Of a DNA stretch of 64,000 nt, positions 12,687 through 24,780 are shown one piece after another (position 1 is the stretch's first letter; each line of letters begins with the position of its first letter). The stretch is from the NCBI GenBank assembly GCA_051294905.1, contig CM119371.1, positions 18,168,001-18,232,000 on the forward strand, in the 5' to 3' direction. The stretch is from Botryllus schlosseri (taxonomy: Eukaryota). The notes beneath the pieces were generated by a model. It had not been told where the DNA came from and searched no databases. It worked only from the letters and a program-made list of their open reading frames with translations. The position numbers and the translations under genes are program-made.

Positions 12687-13808
12687 CATAACGAATTCAT
12701 TGAAGCATGGCCATACCAACATCACGACAACCTTTGACGAGTCAAATGTTATTTACACCATTCTAATTTAGAGCATGGAATGAATAGTGTCTGCAAACAT
12801 GTCGACATTGCCAGACACGCATATGGATTATGGTGGAGCATGGACCGGAGGCCGGAGCCGGTGCAGTGCTTTATCTGATACGGCTGGAGTCGGATCGAGG
12901 CCGGATCAGTACTTTTTACTGGGAATAGGGCAGCTTTACCCTCTTCCGCCATCGAATCAAAGTTAAAGTGAAACGTTCATGGAAATAAACCACATGATAA
13001 GTCCAAGTTGGCAAAATTACTTTAGATAAAGGTTGGGCTTGATCTTTCGGTTTTTACGTTCCTGTTTGCGTTGTTTCAATCAATATTCAATACCATACTG
13101 TGAGTGGATATTTAGTATCGTAGTTTCTCGAACCGGATCACAGTCATTTCTAAAATCCTGCCTAGGAATCGGACGGGAGTCGGACCAGAGAGTCTGCCTA
13201 TCCGCTCCGTACTAATATGGATATGAGAAAATGGTCTTCGTAACTGATCACAACAGACCACAAATAATTTTGGGATTACAGCTCAATTCGTTTCGGTTAA
13301 AGCGACTTCCAATTCTGCCCACAAATATGTTTGACAGGACCTCTTTGAAGTTCTCGCAGGCCTCATAAAATTCCACGTCTAAATTAGAAAATAAACTATA
13401 TTTAGTCTCTAGTTTGATATATTTGCGTCAATTATAGTTTTACGTGTGCAAAGAAATGCTGAGGATATATAAACTACAATTTCTACATAATTTACTCGCT
13501 ATAATGCTCATTTCATGATATAGTTATGAGTGTAGCGATATGCCGATTAACAGCCTTGTTAGAATTTCGGCAATATGCCATGTAAAAAGGCCGTAAGAGA
13601 ACTAATACCACGACGCCTTCAATGATTACATTGGGCCACCGATGATGTTGATGGCGAGGCAAAATGCTATTTTAAAATATATTCTCATGCACAATTACAA
13701 TGTCCAAGTTCTGGATCGGGGAATCATGTAGCCTATATCTGTGTTACTGAAATTCGATGGTTTGTGGACGAGCGAAATTATACATTGCAATAAATTCATA
13801 CCAGGAGC

Positions 13809-14942
13809 TTATGTCTGTGGAATCGCTTGTTGGCGCACATGAATGATTTCCAGAGGGAGTATTTCCTGTCTCCCTTGATGTGCTCTTTGACATAATACTA
13901 ACCATGGAAAAAATTTCAATTTCCAATCGGTTGCAATTAAATTGACGCAAATTAGATTCATCATCAAGTTTAACCCAGCAATACTTTGCATCACGTTAGT
14001 GAGTTCCACGGAGTTCAGAAGTAATATCGCCGCAGTTGTATCAGTGACCAAGATTGCTGTTGTCAGGATGGTTACTCTATTTAGCAATCGAACATATTTA
14101 TTATCGGTTGGAATATTTGACTTGCGATTATTTTGCATGTTCTTGATCAATGGACAGATGAATAAAATCAGCATTGGAAACTGAATGGTCCAAGGACATG
14201 CCATCATCATCCACGTGAGCCGTCCGGACACCATATGCGATACGGTTCTGTACGATTCCAATATCATGAAGACAGTTACAAAAACGACAACGACTGTCGT
14301 GTAAACAATGAAGTATTTACTGATAAATCTTGTAATCTTATTTGAAAGATGAGCCAATGTCTTTTCCCGATAGAACGCTCTTTGCCTTTGCCAAATCACT
14401 ACATATAAGGTTAGAGTCACAAATCCCCAGACAGCTGAGAGGTAACGTGACACTGGCAACATATAATAGAAAACCAATCGACATTTGGCAGGTATGAGCG
14501 TTAACACAAGATGGTAGATATCTGCAGGGCTTTCTCCGGTAGCAACAAAATCTTTGGTATCAGACTGGCTCTGTTTGTTTTCAAACATCTCAATCAAAGT
14601 TCTCTGACCTTCGTACAAACTCGTAGATGTACGATTCCAATTGAAAGACGGATACCGGGATATATATTTTCGTTCGTCCATCACGAAAGAGCAATATCGG
14701 TTGTATAATATCGCTCTTGCTAGAGCTATCATTTCTGAAACAGCGCAGACAGTGCCGCTAACAGAAAGTATAATGTTTTCAATGCGCCTCCTTGATATCT
14801 TGAAATCACAGCAAGGCTTCTCATTTTCACGAATCAGATGCAACCATAGAGCGAAACACGTGTAGACTGCGATACCACACAACACGGATTCACACGCGAT
14901 CATAGTGTCGGCACGATGGATGAAATCTTCTTGTTTAGCCAT
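13809..14942 (-). CDS. Orphan 7TM / GPCR-like membrane protein, paralogue 1 (377 aa, uninterrupted CDS)
   Basis: Intact ORF with seven hydrophobic segments; motifs WQRQRAFY..LAHLSNKITRFISK, IQFPMLILFICPL and NLMMNLICV..W..KFFPW shared with two paralogues. Confidence 0.9.
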   Translation of the reverse strand: MAKQEDFIHRADTMIACESVLCGIAVYTCFALWLHLIRENEKPCCDFKISRRRIENIILSVSGTVCAVSEMIALARAILYNRYCSFVMDERKYISRYPSFNWNRTSTSLYEGQRTLIEMFENKQSQSDTKDFVATGESPADIYHLVLTLIPAKCRLVFYYMLPVSRYLSAVWGFVTLTLYVVIWQRQRAFYREKTLAHLSNKITRFISKYFIVYTTVVVVFVTVFMILESYRTVSHMVSGRLTWMMMACPWTIQFPMLILFICPLIKNMQNNRKSNIPTDNKYVRLLNRVTILTTAILVTDTTAAILLLNSVELTNVMQSIAGLNLMMNLICVNLIATDWKLKFFPWLVLCQRAHQGRQEILPLEIIHVRQQAIPQT

Positions 14943-17016
14943 GTTTTCTTCAACAAGATTTTATGGAAATCAATTAAGTAAATCTCTGTAAATTGCAAGT
15001 TGCGACGGTTACACGCCGTTGCGGTATGATAGAGCAATAACATACCACTTTCTAAAGTGAAGCCTCGCATTTCTGAACTGGCATCTGAAATGGAACAGTT
15101 TGAGTCACGCTGATTACTTCCCGGGACGCATCAATACGAATCTAACTCTATGCACCTTCCGCATAGCTTAATTTGCAGCTTTCATGCGAACGAATTAAGA
15201 CTGTTCTCAAAACTACTTACTTACTTAGGTAGATTTAAAGTCAGTCAATTCTACTTCTACTTCAAGTAGTTTTAGGTGGCTTATGGAAGAAGTACTTCTA
15301 CTTGTACTTGAGTAGATTTTTTTCGGCGCTACTTCTACTTCTATTTAAGTAGCTTTCTTGACTACTTTGACCACCTCTGGTTCGTGTTAATACGAAAGTA
15401 TGAAGTAACCGTAAATTTGTACTCAATTACAAGTCCCAGTAGAAGGAGAACTTAAAACCACTTCAAGTGGAAGTAGGAAGTTGAAGGTTCCAAAAGTACT
15501 CAAATAATTGCATTCAAAACATACACTTGGTCGAGAGGACATTAGCTTTTGTAAGTTATACTTTCGAGATCGCAAGATAAATTCCGCTACCATCGCTCAA
15601 GACTAAAACTACTGCAAATAGGTGGAATCTTTGGATACATACTCAGCTACCGTGATACAGAGGCTATTTCACGCGTTTCTTCAGACAATAATCACTCCTG
15701 TGTGAAGTTGTCCGTAAACTACATCCTATTTTTCAAATCCAAAGTGTAAAAGTCAGTTTTGAATACTAAATTGTTCTAGTCAAAGTTGAAGTTGTATAAA
15801 TACATAACCACAATTGTTTTCGCGCTCCGCGCGATTTACTTCCATTTCATGGTTATTACTCTGTCTATAGTTCGGATTTAAAATTTGAGAATTATCTCAT
15901 CAACTGTCGATACCTTCCAAATTATCCGTCGGGTTTGCCAGCATTCTGGTTTCCTTTTGTGATATGACGATAAGGGGGGCGCGAAATTTTTCACTATCAT
16001 AAAGGGAGGCGTGTCTAAAAATGTTTGATAACCACTGATATAGAATATGGGCCTGGTATTTACGACCGTTTATGCCCACTTTTGAATAAAGAAAAATTTC
16101 CCAGTAATCAAACGCTGGGCAGCCATGGCGTTGCTGAAGCGTGTTCCGACCCCGGGGCTAGCATCATTCGTCAAATGATAATCACGCCATATTGAAATAG
16201 TTTGTATATCGCGCTAACCCCGCCACAAATGTATGTTTCTCTTAGGATTTTGTTTCATTGCATTCGTGATACTTGACAATTGTAATGTCTTTGTCCCTCC
16301 AAGAGACATCGTCACCATCAAATATGCCAGAGAATGCCGATCTTTACAGTTGATGTTGATGTTTTATACAGCTTTTGAACTAGTTGAAGTAGAGCGCTTT
16401 TCATTTCCATAAGCTTGTCCATATGCCCTATTTTTTATATGTTTTTGCAGTTTTTTTTTACAAGATTCCAAACACATTCGCGACTCACCTTAGCATTTGT
16501 CGGATACACAGTTTGGGAATCATTACATATGAACTGTTGGTTCATACGAAAGGCAAATACACCAACATAGATGCTTGTATAACAGCTCCATTCTACAACC
16601 ATGCCGATCTGCTGCTGACACCGATACTATACCGCAGACCGATGAAAATAAAACGCGTTACTCATACATATTCCGCATAGAAAATCTGCCATTTGTACTC
16701 TGTTCTGGCAGTGCTTTTCCTGTCATGCTACGGATCCACAAAAAGAAAAAAGGCATTTAAAATCGATATATGGTTTACCGCCTGACACCACCATCTTTGC
16801 TAGTGGTATTCGATGCTGGGTGCGGTTCTAGTTATACGCATCATATCAACATCGCGGACTTGCGCTTAACGCGGAAGGAAATCCTCTATAGCCACGCTTT
16901 GGCTTATAATTAACCCGGCGCTCAAGACTTGCAGACAATGTTCCCTCTGAGCTCTGAGCGCGCCCACGAAGATGAAGCGACAGTCTATAAGCAAAATATG
17001 GATGAAGGGAGGATTA

Positions 17017-19317
17017 CCCTGGTCGACATTTTTCAACTTTTTTTTTGTTTTTTAGAACGAATAATTGAATTTACATAATTTGACGATGCTGAGTCAGAAC
17101 TTGCCGTCAGAAGTCACTGAACACGTCACAATTTTCTGCAAAAATCGAATAAAAATTCCGCTCAAAAACGGCTGTATTAAGGGTGCTTATGTCCGTTTAT
17201 GTCCGTATACCATACGAAACACATCCTACAATGCGCTCAACTTACTTTATTGGATTTGAGGTGTTGTTATCTTAAACTAAACCCTCTAAATAATCAGGAT
17301 CCATAGTAGGCCTATTTCCAAGAAATTTAGATGCAACTTCAATGAAAGAAAGTCATTAATTTTTTCCAAATCCGCTTTCCTAATAAGAAATAGGGGGTTT
17401 TGGTGAGTGTTCTGATTTGAGGTCCTTCAAACACACTCTCTACTGTATAAACTCAAGTTAGCAAACCTTTGGTGAATGTATTTAGACCATGCACCTCTTT
17501 GATCAGCGCTTTTGAAAACTTTTTCATTAGATCCAGCTTATCATATAATGGTGGGAATACAACATTAGATCTGTCTATAAGAACAGGCTCTGAAACATGT
17601 TAAAGCCTTTTATATATGATTCTTCCTTATCGACCGCATACGTTTAATTCAGTGATATCTACTGTCCCATTCACATATAAAACAAGGATACCTTGTAGTT
17701 CTAGACAGTTGAACCAGTAGCATATTTATGAGTTCAAAATCAACGGAAACTTCACACGCTTGAGTAGTTTGAGTGCTATATTCCAAACTTGAAATCAAAG
17801 GTTCATAATCTCGTAAGACCCTTTGATGCCAGTTGTACCAGCTACAGGGATAGAAGCACATTGATTTATTTGTATTGTGCGACGAAACAGCTTTTAGGCT
17901 TGGTGCATAGATAAAGAGGCACAATTCACAGTTCCCAATGTCTCTACGAGACATCGACGAAATAGACTAAAGTGGGTTCGGAGGCAAAGAAGCGTGTGTA
18001 TTCACTCTCGCGATACATATACCGAGCAACAGTGGTATCAGTGCCAAGTAAATGTTTGGCTTTTAATCCGGAGCCTATAATAAGAGCAGATTAATTTGGC
18101 AAATTCAAATTTATGACAAAATTATTTAGTTCAGCTTGATTCAACTTTATATAGCTGCTGATCACCATCACACTGATGCTGAGAACATTCTTCAGGCAAA
18201 GACTCTTCACCGAGAGAATCATCTTAAACTGTTGCTAAAACTTTTGAAGGCAATGGAATTGTGATATCCGGCCCATGAGGAATCAGTCGTATTGCGCAAG
18301 TCAATTTGGATATTGAATTTTATGCTGATTTTTGACATTGAACAGAAAAAACATGAGCAAAAATAACAATCTTTTCCATGTCCCCGTGGCTCTCTTCAAA
18401 CCATTAGCAAATCAAATGCTAAAGATTTTTGTATTTTAATGCTTCACAGCCTTAATGTCGCTTCATTTTTCATTCAGTGTGCTTTGAATTCCTCTTCTTT
18501 ACATCACCTAGGGCCAAGTGGGGAAGCGAGTGGCGCAGTTGGTTAAACACTGTAGTCACGACATCGATGGTTGATGGTTCGAGTCTCGGCTCTGCCATGT
18601 TTCTATGTGTCGGAGGTTTATCTGGGCTCCTCATCGCCGATCCCGCTGTAATACAGCGCATTGAAAAAGCCCAGACAAAGAGAGAGCCGAACTCACGAAA
18701 GGAGGCAGCAAATGAGCAGAAAAAGGACTCAAGTCCATGAAGACATGACATTATGCGTTTATGAAATTTACTGTGTGGGCGCAAATAACCCCGAGTTGAA
18801 AAGCGCCAATTATATATGAGTTAATAAACAACAACAACAACAACAACCTAGGGCCAAGTGGGTGTCTGAGTTTAAAGACTACTCCAAGTCGTTACAACTT
18901 TTCATTGTATCGCAGTCTTGTGATGTTTTGAAAGGAAGGAAATATTAATAAATTGATACTGATATCAAAAACTAGTCCTAGAATACTTACTTTTTTACAT
19001 ACTTATAAAAAGTTACGTTCACTTCTACTTGATTAGAAATTGACGCCGTTACTTCTACTTCTACTTGAGTACCTATAGAAAGTACTTTGACCACCTCTGA
19101 TGACGTCACCATGGTTATAGCAATGACCCAACAGCAAGTAATACGTCACAGAACAGACTGTTTTTAGCACGAAAATGCAAATTTTTAAATCACAGATTAT
19201 AAAAAATCTTGACGTGATGGGAATAAAGCGACTTCATATTCGTAATCAGCGTACGAAAATTGACTTATAAGACATCATTTTGGCCAAAAAACAAAACAAA
19301 AATCATGTCGACCAGTG
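17017..19317 (-). mobile_element. Decayed Chapaev3-like (CMC) DNA transposon
   Basis: TIRs c(c)ctggtcgaca ... tgtcgaccagtg with TTA TSD; minus-strand remnants MV*REPRGHGKDCYFC, FNQAELNN, YPCFICEWDSR and PPLY.KLDLMKKF.KAL match motifs I associate with Chapaev3 transposases. Confidence 0.8.
18523..18845 (+). mobile_element. tRNA-derived SINE with (ACA)n tail, inserted in the Chapaev3-like element
   Basis: A box TGGCGCAGTTGG, B box GGTTCGAGTCTC, AATAAA then (ACA)n; 17-bp TSD acctagggccaagtggg (18506-18522 / 18846-18862). Confidence 0.9.
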
Positions 19318-20287
19318 TTATCAGTGGGTAATATTTGCATTTTGTTGGTAGTTCGGTGAGTAGAATTGTGAGGAGAATTGTCAGTGGTTCATTTTTGCAT
19401 TTTGTCAGTAGTTCTGTGAGTAGGTTATGTATGACGTTGATAAACTGTCGAAGAATCCGTAATATATCGCCGGCGTGGTTCATACTTCATAGTAGTCAGC
19501 GTTGCTATACTCAAGCACAAACAGAAGTGGGCTAATGCCGTAAATTTCTACTCAATTGCAAGTAGAACCAGCGATTTCCAATACATGTTGTTATCTCTTT
19601 ACCTTATCTTGATATTGTGACGATTCGTGTTTTAGGGTGTCAGTTTGCAATTCAACTGTTATCCTTTTGTTTTTTGTTTTTGTTTTCCTGTCTCGTTTTT
19701 CCAATCAACAATTCTAATTGTCCGTTTTTATTTCATTTGATTGTCAAAGTACTGTTTTACGTGTCTCTTCGCTTGCGCTATCCATTGTCGTCGTGAACCT
19801 TTTCGCACTCCTTATTGCAGCAGATCGACGGACTTTCTATGCCTAAATTACAATGGTAGCTAATCAAATATTTTGGGTTGCGCTGTATCAGTAACTTGAC
19901 CTAACGCGTCCTTTGCTGTCCTGGTAATGAATTCTCAATCCACAGATACACTCACTGCAGTTTATTTAAATACGTCATCATCGTAGGTAGCATAAAATAG
20001 TCTCATATCTTAAAACCCTGGAAACCAGTTTATATGCTCAGGGTTCATCTTGCAATAATGAGAGAATATCGAAGCACCAAGTAAAGATTACCGTGACATG
20101 GTGTTTTAGGCTAATCACGTGGTAATTGTTACTAACAAAGTTTATTTTCTTCGTATATTAGAGACGTTGCGTTGAGGAGACCAGGGGTCAGCTGCACTAT
20201 TCTTCGAGCATCAGAGCAGCCTTGGACAACTGGATAATTTACTGCTTTCCCAAATTAGACTAAGAATCAGAATCATAGCTACACCTC

Positions 20288-20558
20288 GCCGAGCGAGATA
20301 GTGTAATGGTTATGCGTCCGGCTTCTCGAGCGGTAGGTCGTGGGTTCGATCTTCGATCCCCGGCCGGGTCATACCAAAGACTCGAAAAATGGTATCCGCA
20401 GCTATCCTGCTAGGCGCTCAGCAATCACGGATAGCATGGAGGAGAAAAAAAACGGGGGCGCAGACTAGATGACCTCATGGGGCCGTATCGCAACTCCGTC
20501 GCCAAAGCATCTCGATGGTGCAGGCGAGAAAGAATATCATATCTCTCTCTCTCTCTCT
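20288..20558 (+). mobile_element. tRNA-derived SINE with (TC)n tail and Meta-like central domain
   Basis: A box TAGTGTAATGG, B box GGTTCGATC, then GGGTCATACCAAAGAC..AAAAATGGTATCC..CCTGCTAGGCGCTCAGCA; absent from the paralogous MITE at 4350-5026. Confidence 0.8.
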
Positions 20559-20967
20559 CCCTTCGTCACCTTGTTCCCAAATTAGACTCAAATTTGAATT
20601 ATATCCACACGGTTTCTTCGGAATTAGATTAGAATCAGAATTATTCGCGAACACTTGGACATTGAAGAAAGTTCAGTTCATATAAAATCATAGTTCATCC
20701 TCATGAGAATGAAAACAGCAAATGACTGTACAGCAAGCTCGACACGTTTCGCACTGTATAGCCCAGCTCTCCTGTAGGCCTATAGCATTAACAGGAAAAA
20801 ACAGAAATTAGATCAGAATTAAAATTAGAGAAAAGAATAACATCACAAATTACATTACAGTTTGATAACCGGCATTTCGACCTTTCTCATTAGTCAGCTA
20901 AAATTATCTATAGCTGTCCAAGTCTGCGTCGGAGGAGCAATCAAAATGGCGAATCTTGCATAAGCAT

Positions 20968-21360
20968 TAGGGCTCTTCAAAAATAACTTTTTTTCAAAAA
21001 TCGTACTGGCTACTTGATAAAATTGTTAGGTTGCCTAATTTAAGCCTACACACCAAATTTGCTGCAATTCCAACCAGTAGCCGCATTGCTACAGGAGAAG
21101 AAAGTTTCTATTTATTATATAAAAATAGATAACAAAAAATTGAAAATTTTCCGTTCACCCCATTAAAGTGTGGGGTTGTCTCTAGAAACGATGTTCACCA
21201 AATTTGGTTCAATTCCAAACAGTGGAAGCGGAGTCATTGCCGTCGAAAAATTTGGATTTGAATAAAATAGTATTTACAGTGGCCCCCACTATAATGAATA
21301 ATTAAAAAATTGGTCACCGTAAATACTATTTTATTCAAATCCCAAATTTTCGACGGCAAT
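20968..21360. mobile_element. Truncated fold-back MITE related to 24781-25401
   Basis: Begins tagggctcttcaaaaataac; central inverted repeat 21237-21359; right arm lost. Confidence 0.7.
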
Positions 21361-21614
21361 AACCGAGATGGTGTCGCTGATCGCATAAGAAATTCGGTCG
21401 GGTGGAGGGCAAAGAGTATATCAATTTAACACAAGAATCTATACTGCACAAGGTACATTGAAACTATTGGAAGATCAATTAGGATACTTGGGACACGCGC
21501 TGATCAGAAATATTTAGGGTTGGGATTGCGGCATCAATTTAGATATGCCATTTCGGGATTTTTCGGGATTTGCAAAATATAACAATCTGCAAGCTACACA
21601 AATCTTATTTATTA

Positions 21615-22116
21615 AGTCAGTCGAGTAAAGTCATTTTCCATTCAACACCGAGTCAAGTCCTAGCCCAAGTCAGCTGGTAGAGGCTCGAGTCAGAGTCAGG
21701 GCGTTTTGACTGAGTCCGAGTCCAAGTCAATATGGTCACTGTGCGGTTTTCAGTTCAATCCGGTTCAACCCTCTCTTTTCAACTCTGTTCGAGTGATATA
21801 GAATGGCTCGCATTCAAAATATAGTGATTTTCCTCAGTCTTACCAGTTTCTGGCCATATTTTTCAAGTATCAGGCCTGATAGACGAAATACCAATAATGT
21901 GGTAACTCTACTATTCTTCGAAGTTACAATGAAATATCTGTCTTGGCGGTCCTAGTCTCGAGTCATATGACTTGGTTCGAGTCATGCGCAATGACTTGAG
22001 TACAAGTTGAGTCAATAAAGAAATTGACTCAAGTCGAGTCGAGTCATTTTACGTATTTGAAAAATTGACTCGATTCAAGTCGAGTCACCAAAAAATCGTG
22101 ACTCGAGTCGGACTAC
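21615..22116. mobile_element. GAGTC/GACTC-repeat-rich MITE (related 33260-33595)
   Basis: Dense cgagtc/caagtc subterminal repeats at both ends; TSD not resolved. Confidence 0.55.
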
Positions 22117-22266
22117 ATAATATAATCTACTATCATGCAGATTGGTACGGTGTCATAGTGCAATAGATTGGGGGATAATGTATCTTTCTGTGTTACTGAA
22201 AGTCAATGGTTTGTGGATGAGCGGAATTCCGTTAGAATCGGGAGATTGTATTACAGGAATCGCTTG

Positions 22267-23388
22267 TTAGCGCACATGAATGGCTTGCAGAGGGAATATT
22301 TCTGGTCTTCCTAAATGGGCTCTTTGACACAAGAACACCCAGGGAATAAATTTTAATTTCCAGTCGTTTGCAATTAAATTGACGCAAATTAGGTTGATCA
22401 TCAAGTTTAAAGCAACAATACTTGTAAGTGGGTAACCAAGTCCAGTGAACATCCAAAGTAATATCGCTACGGCTGTGTCCGTCACCAAGGTTACTGTTGT
22501 CAGAACAGTCACTCTTTTTAGTAATCGAACATATTTATGGCAGGTTGGAAGACTTGACTTGCGATTATATTGCATGTTCTTAATCAATGGATAGTTGAAT
22601 ATAATCAGGAGTGGAAATTGGATGGTCCACGGATGTGCCATCAACATCCAAGTGAGGCGTCCGGTCACTAAATCCGATAAGATTCCGTACGATTCCGATT
22701 CTATTAACATAAAGGCAGCTAAAAAAATGATAACGGCTGCCATATAAAAGATGAAATATTTGCTGGTGAATCTTGTTATCTTATTTGAAAGATGAGCGAG
22801 CGTCTTTTCCAAATAGAACGATCGTTGCCTTTGCCAAATCACTCCGTATATGGCTAGACGCACAATTCCCCAGACAGATATCAAGTAAATAGATACTGAC
22901 GACAGAAAATTGAAAATATATCGACATTTGTCAGGAAATAAAGAGTCCATGTATTTCACGTGCTCTTTAGTTAATCCTCCACCAGCAATAAAATCGTAAA
23001 ACTCAGACTCGTTCGGATTGCTTTCAAGAAACTTAATCAGAGCTCTTTTAGCCTCGAACGACATTTTATTTGTACTGTTCAAATTCCGAATAATAGAATC
23101 ACTGATGTCCTTCCATTCGTCCACCCCGAGAGTGCAATACTGTTTAATTAATATCCCACTTGCTATATCCAGCATTAATAGAACAGCGACGAAAGTGCAG
23201 CTAACAGCCAGCAGAATGTTTTCAATCCTCTTTCTTGTGACCTTACAATCCCAACAAGGCTGCTCGGAATCGCGAATCACATACAACCATAGAACAAAAC
23301 AGATGTAGACTGCAATACCACACGCCACTGATTCACACGGTAACACAATGTCGACAGCACCAAAGGTTATATCCATTTGCTCTGGCAT
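22267..23388 (-). CDS. Orphan 7TM / GPCR-like membrane protein, paralogue 2 (373 aa from the ATG at 23388)
   Basis: Intact ORF. The track start at 23436 is TTG; the ATG of MPEQMD aligns with MAKQED of the paralogues. Same WQRQRSFY..LAHLSNK motif. Confidence 0.9.
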   Translation of the reverse strand: MPEQMDITFGAVDIVLPCESVACGIAVYICFVLWLYVIRDSEQPCWDCKVTRKRIENILLAVSCTFVAVLLMLDIASGILIKQYCTLGVDEWKDISDSIIRNLNSTNKMSFEAKRALIKFLESNPNESEFYDFIAGGGLTKEHVKYMDSLFPDKCRYIFNFLSSVSIYLISVWGIVRLAIYGVIWQRQRSFYLEKTLAHLSNKITRFTSKYFIFYMAAVIIFLAAFMLIESESYGILSDLVTGRLTWMLMAHPWTIQFPLLIIFNYPLIKNMQYNRKSSLPTCHKYVRLLKRVTVLTTVTLVTDTAVAILLWMFTGLGYPLTSIVALNLMINLICVNLIANDWKLKFIPWVFLCQRAHLGRPEIFPLQAIHVR

Positions 23389-23829
23389 AATTTCTTCAAT
23401 CTGCTTATAACAATATAAATAAAGTTGATCTGTCAAAAGTTAAAGGCAATTCGCGTCGTCAAAATTCAAGTTGCAGATAAAGTAGTAATATATCATCAAC
23501 TTATAACGCCTGATTATAAAACTAAACAAAATGACTATTAACACTGAGATGGATATAGGCTGTATAGTATTCAGAGGTGGTCAAACTAGTGAAGGAAGTT
23601 ACTCAAGTAGAAGTAGAAATAGTAACGCATAATTTTACTGAAGTACGAGTAGAAGTTCATGGTGCTTTTCGAAAGTTTTGTAAATAAGCTACAAATACGC
23701 CCGCGTGGAATGCGAAACTGTAAAATGACATGGTATGCGTATGGCGGATCGGATAAATTATTCCCTAGACTGTGTAACACGAGAAATGGTCCGTTTTGTA
23801 CATGAGCCATCACGCGCACTGGCGCCCAT

Positions 23830-24568
23830 TGTGACGACTTTGTCCTCGTGGTTTCAGAGGCATTTCCCTTCCAGTCGTTTGCTTATTCATGTGACTCATT
23901 GATGGATTTGTAGTTATTTGAGCTAGGAATTAGGGAGAATAGGTTGTAATTTGACATTGTTCTGTTGATTCACTTGATTGCATTGTTATTGTATTTAGAT
24001 ATTAGATTATCCTAGGGAGTTGACTGTTGGTAACCTGTTGCGACTGTACCTTAAATTGGCGTTGGCGTGAACTTAGTTACGGCAGCCCTTAAATTACTTT
24101 CCTATCTGTAAACCAGTGGTTTATATTGACAGGGTCTCAAGGGTAGATCGTGATAGGTAGGAAGTGATTACAAGCCAGGTAGGGTTGCAACCGAGTTGGC
24201 AAGCTTCTCGACTAGCCAAACTTTACATAGCCAAATATCCAATCCAAATATAACGCACGGGCGTTGACTAGGCAACGACTAAACGTATGTTAAAGACTGC
24301 GCAGTGCGCATCATCAGTTACAACCATTGGTGATCATTGTGCATAATTAAAGAAGACCATCGTTCGATGTGCGCCGGCTTTTTACCTAACTACATCGAGC
24401 GACGCGACACGATCATCGCTGTTTTACTAATCCATTGCTGTTATCCGGAATCTGTTCATGTTATACGTTGACCAATAAAATGTAGGTCAACTTATTCGTC
24501 GACTCTTGTTGCAGACCCTAAAGGGAACGCGACGTTGTCTCGTACTACTGCAGATAGCCAAACGCACA
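23830..24568 (+). mobile_element. Solo LTR (Gypsy-like 4-bp TSD)
   Basis: TGTGACG...CGCACA termini, CCAT duplicated (23826-23829 / 24569-24572), AATAAA at ~24474. Confidence 0.7.
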
Positions 24569-24780
24569 CCATGTGCAGACTGTGTAGAGCAGGGATGGGT
24601 AAACTTTTCAAATTTTGGGCCGCATTCAACATCTGAATCCCTCAGCGGGCCGCATTGTAGTATGATCAGCATTATAAGCCACGACGCAAGCTTTTATTTG
24701 ATTATATAGTAACCATATAGTAACCGAAGACATCGAGACAATACACAAACAATTTAAACATTGATTTCATGAACGCGCAT

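Noticed and set aside
18523..18598. Possible tRNA gene
   Set aside because: No proper cloverleaf; followed by a SINE body, (ACA)n tail and 17-bp TSD.
20288..20370. Possible tRNA gene
   Set aside because: tRNA-like head of a SINE with a duplicated TTCGATC and a downstream core and tail.
23389..23436. 16-aa N-terminal extension of receptor 2 in the ORF track
   Set aside because: Starts at TTG and crosses the putative splice acceptor; paralogues start at the position equivalent to 23388.
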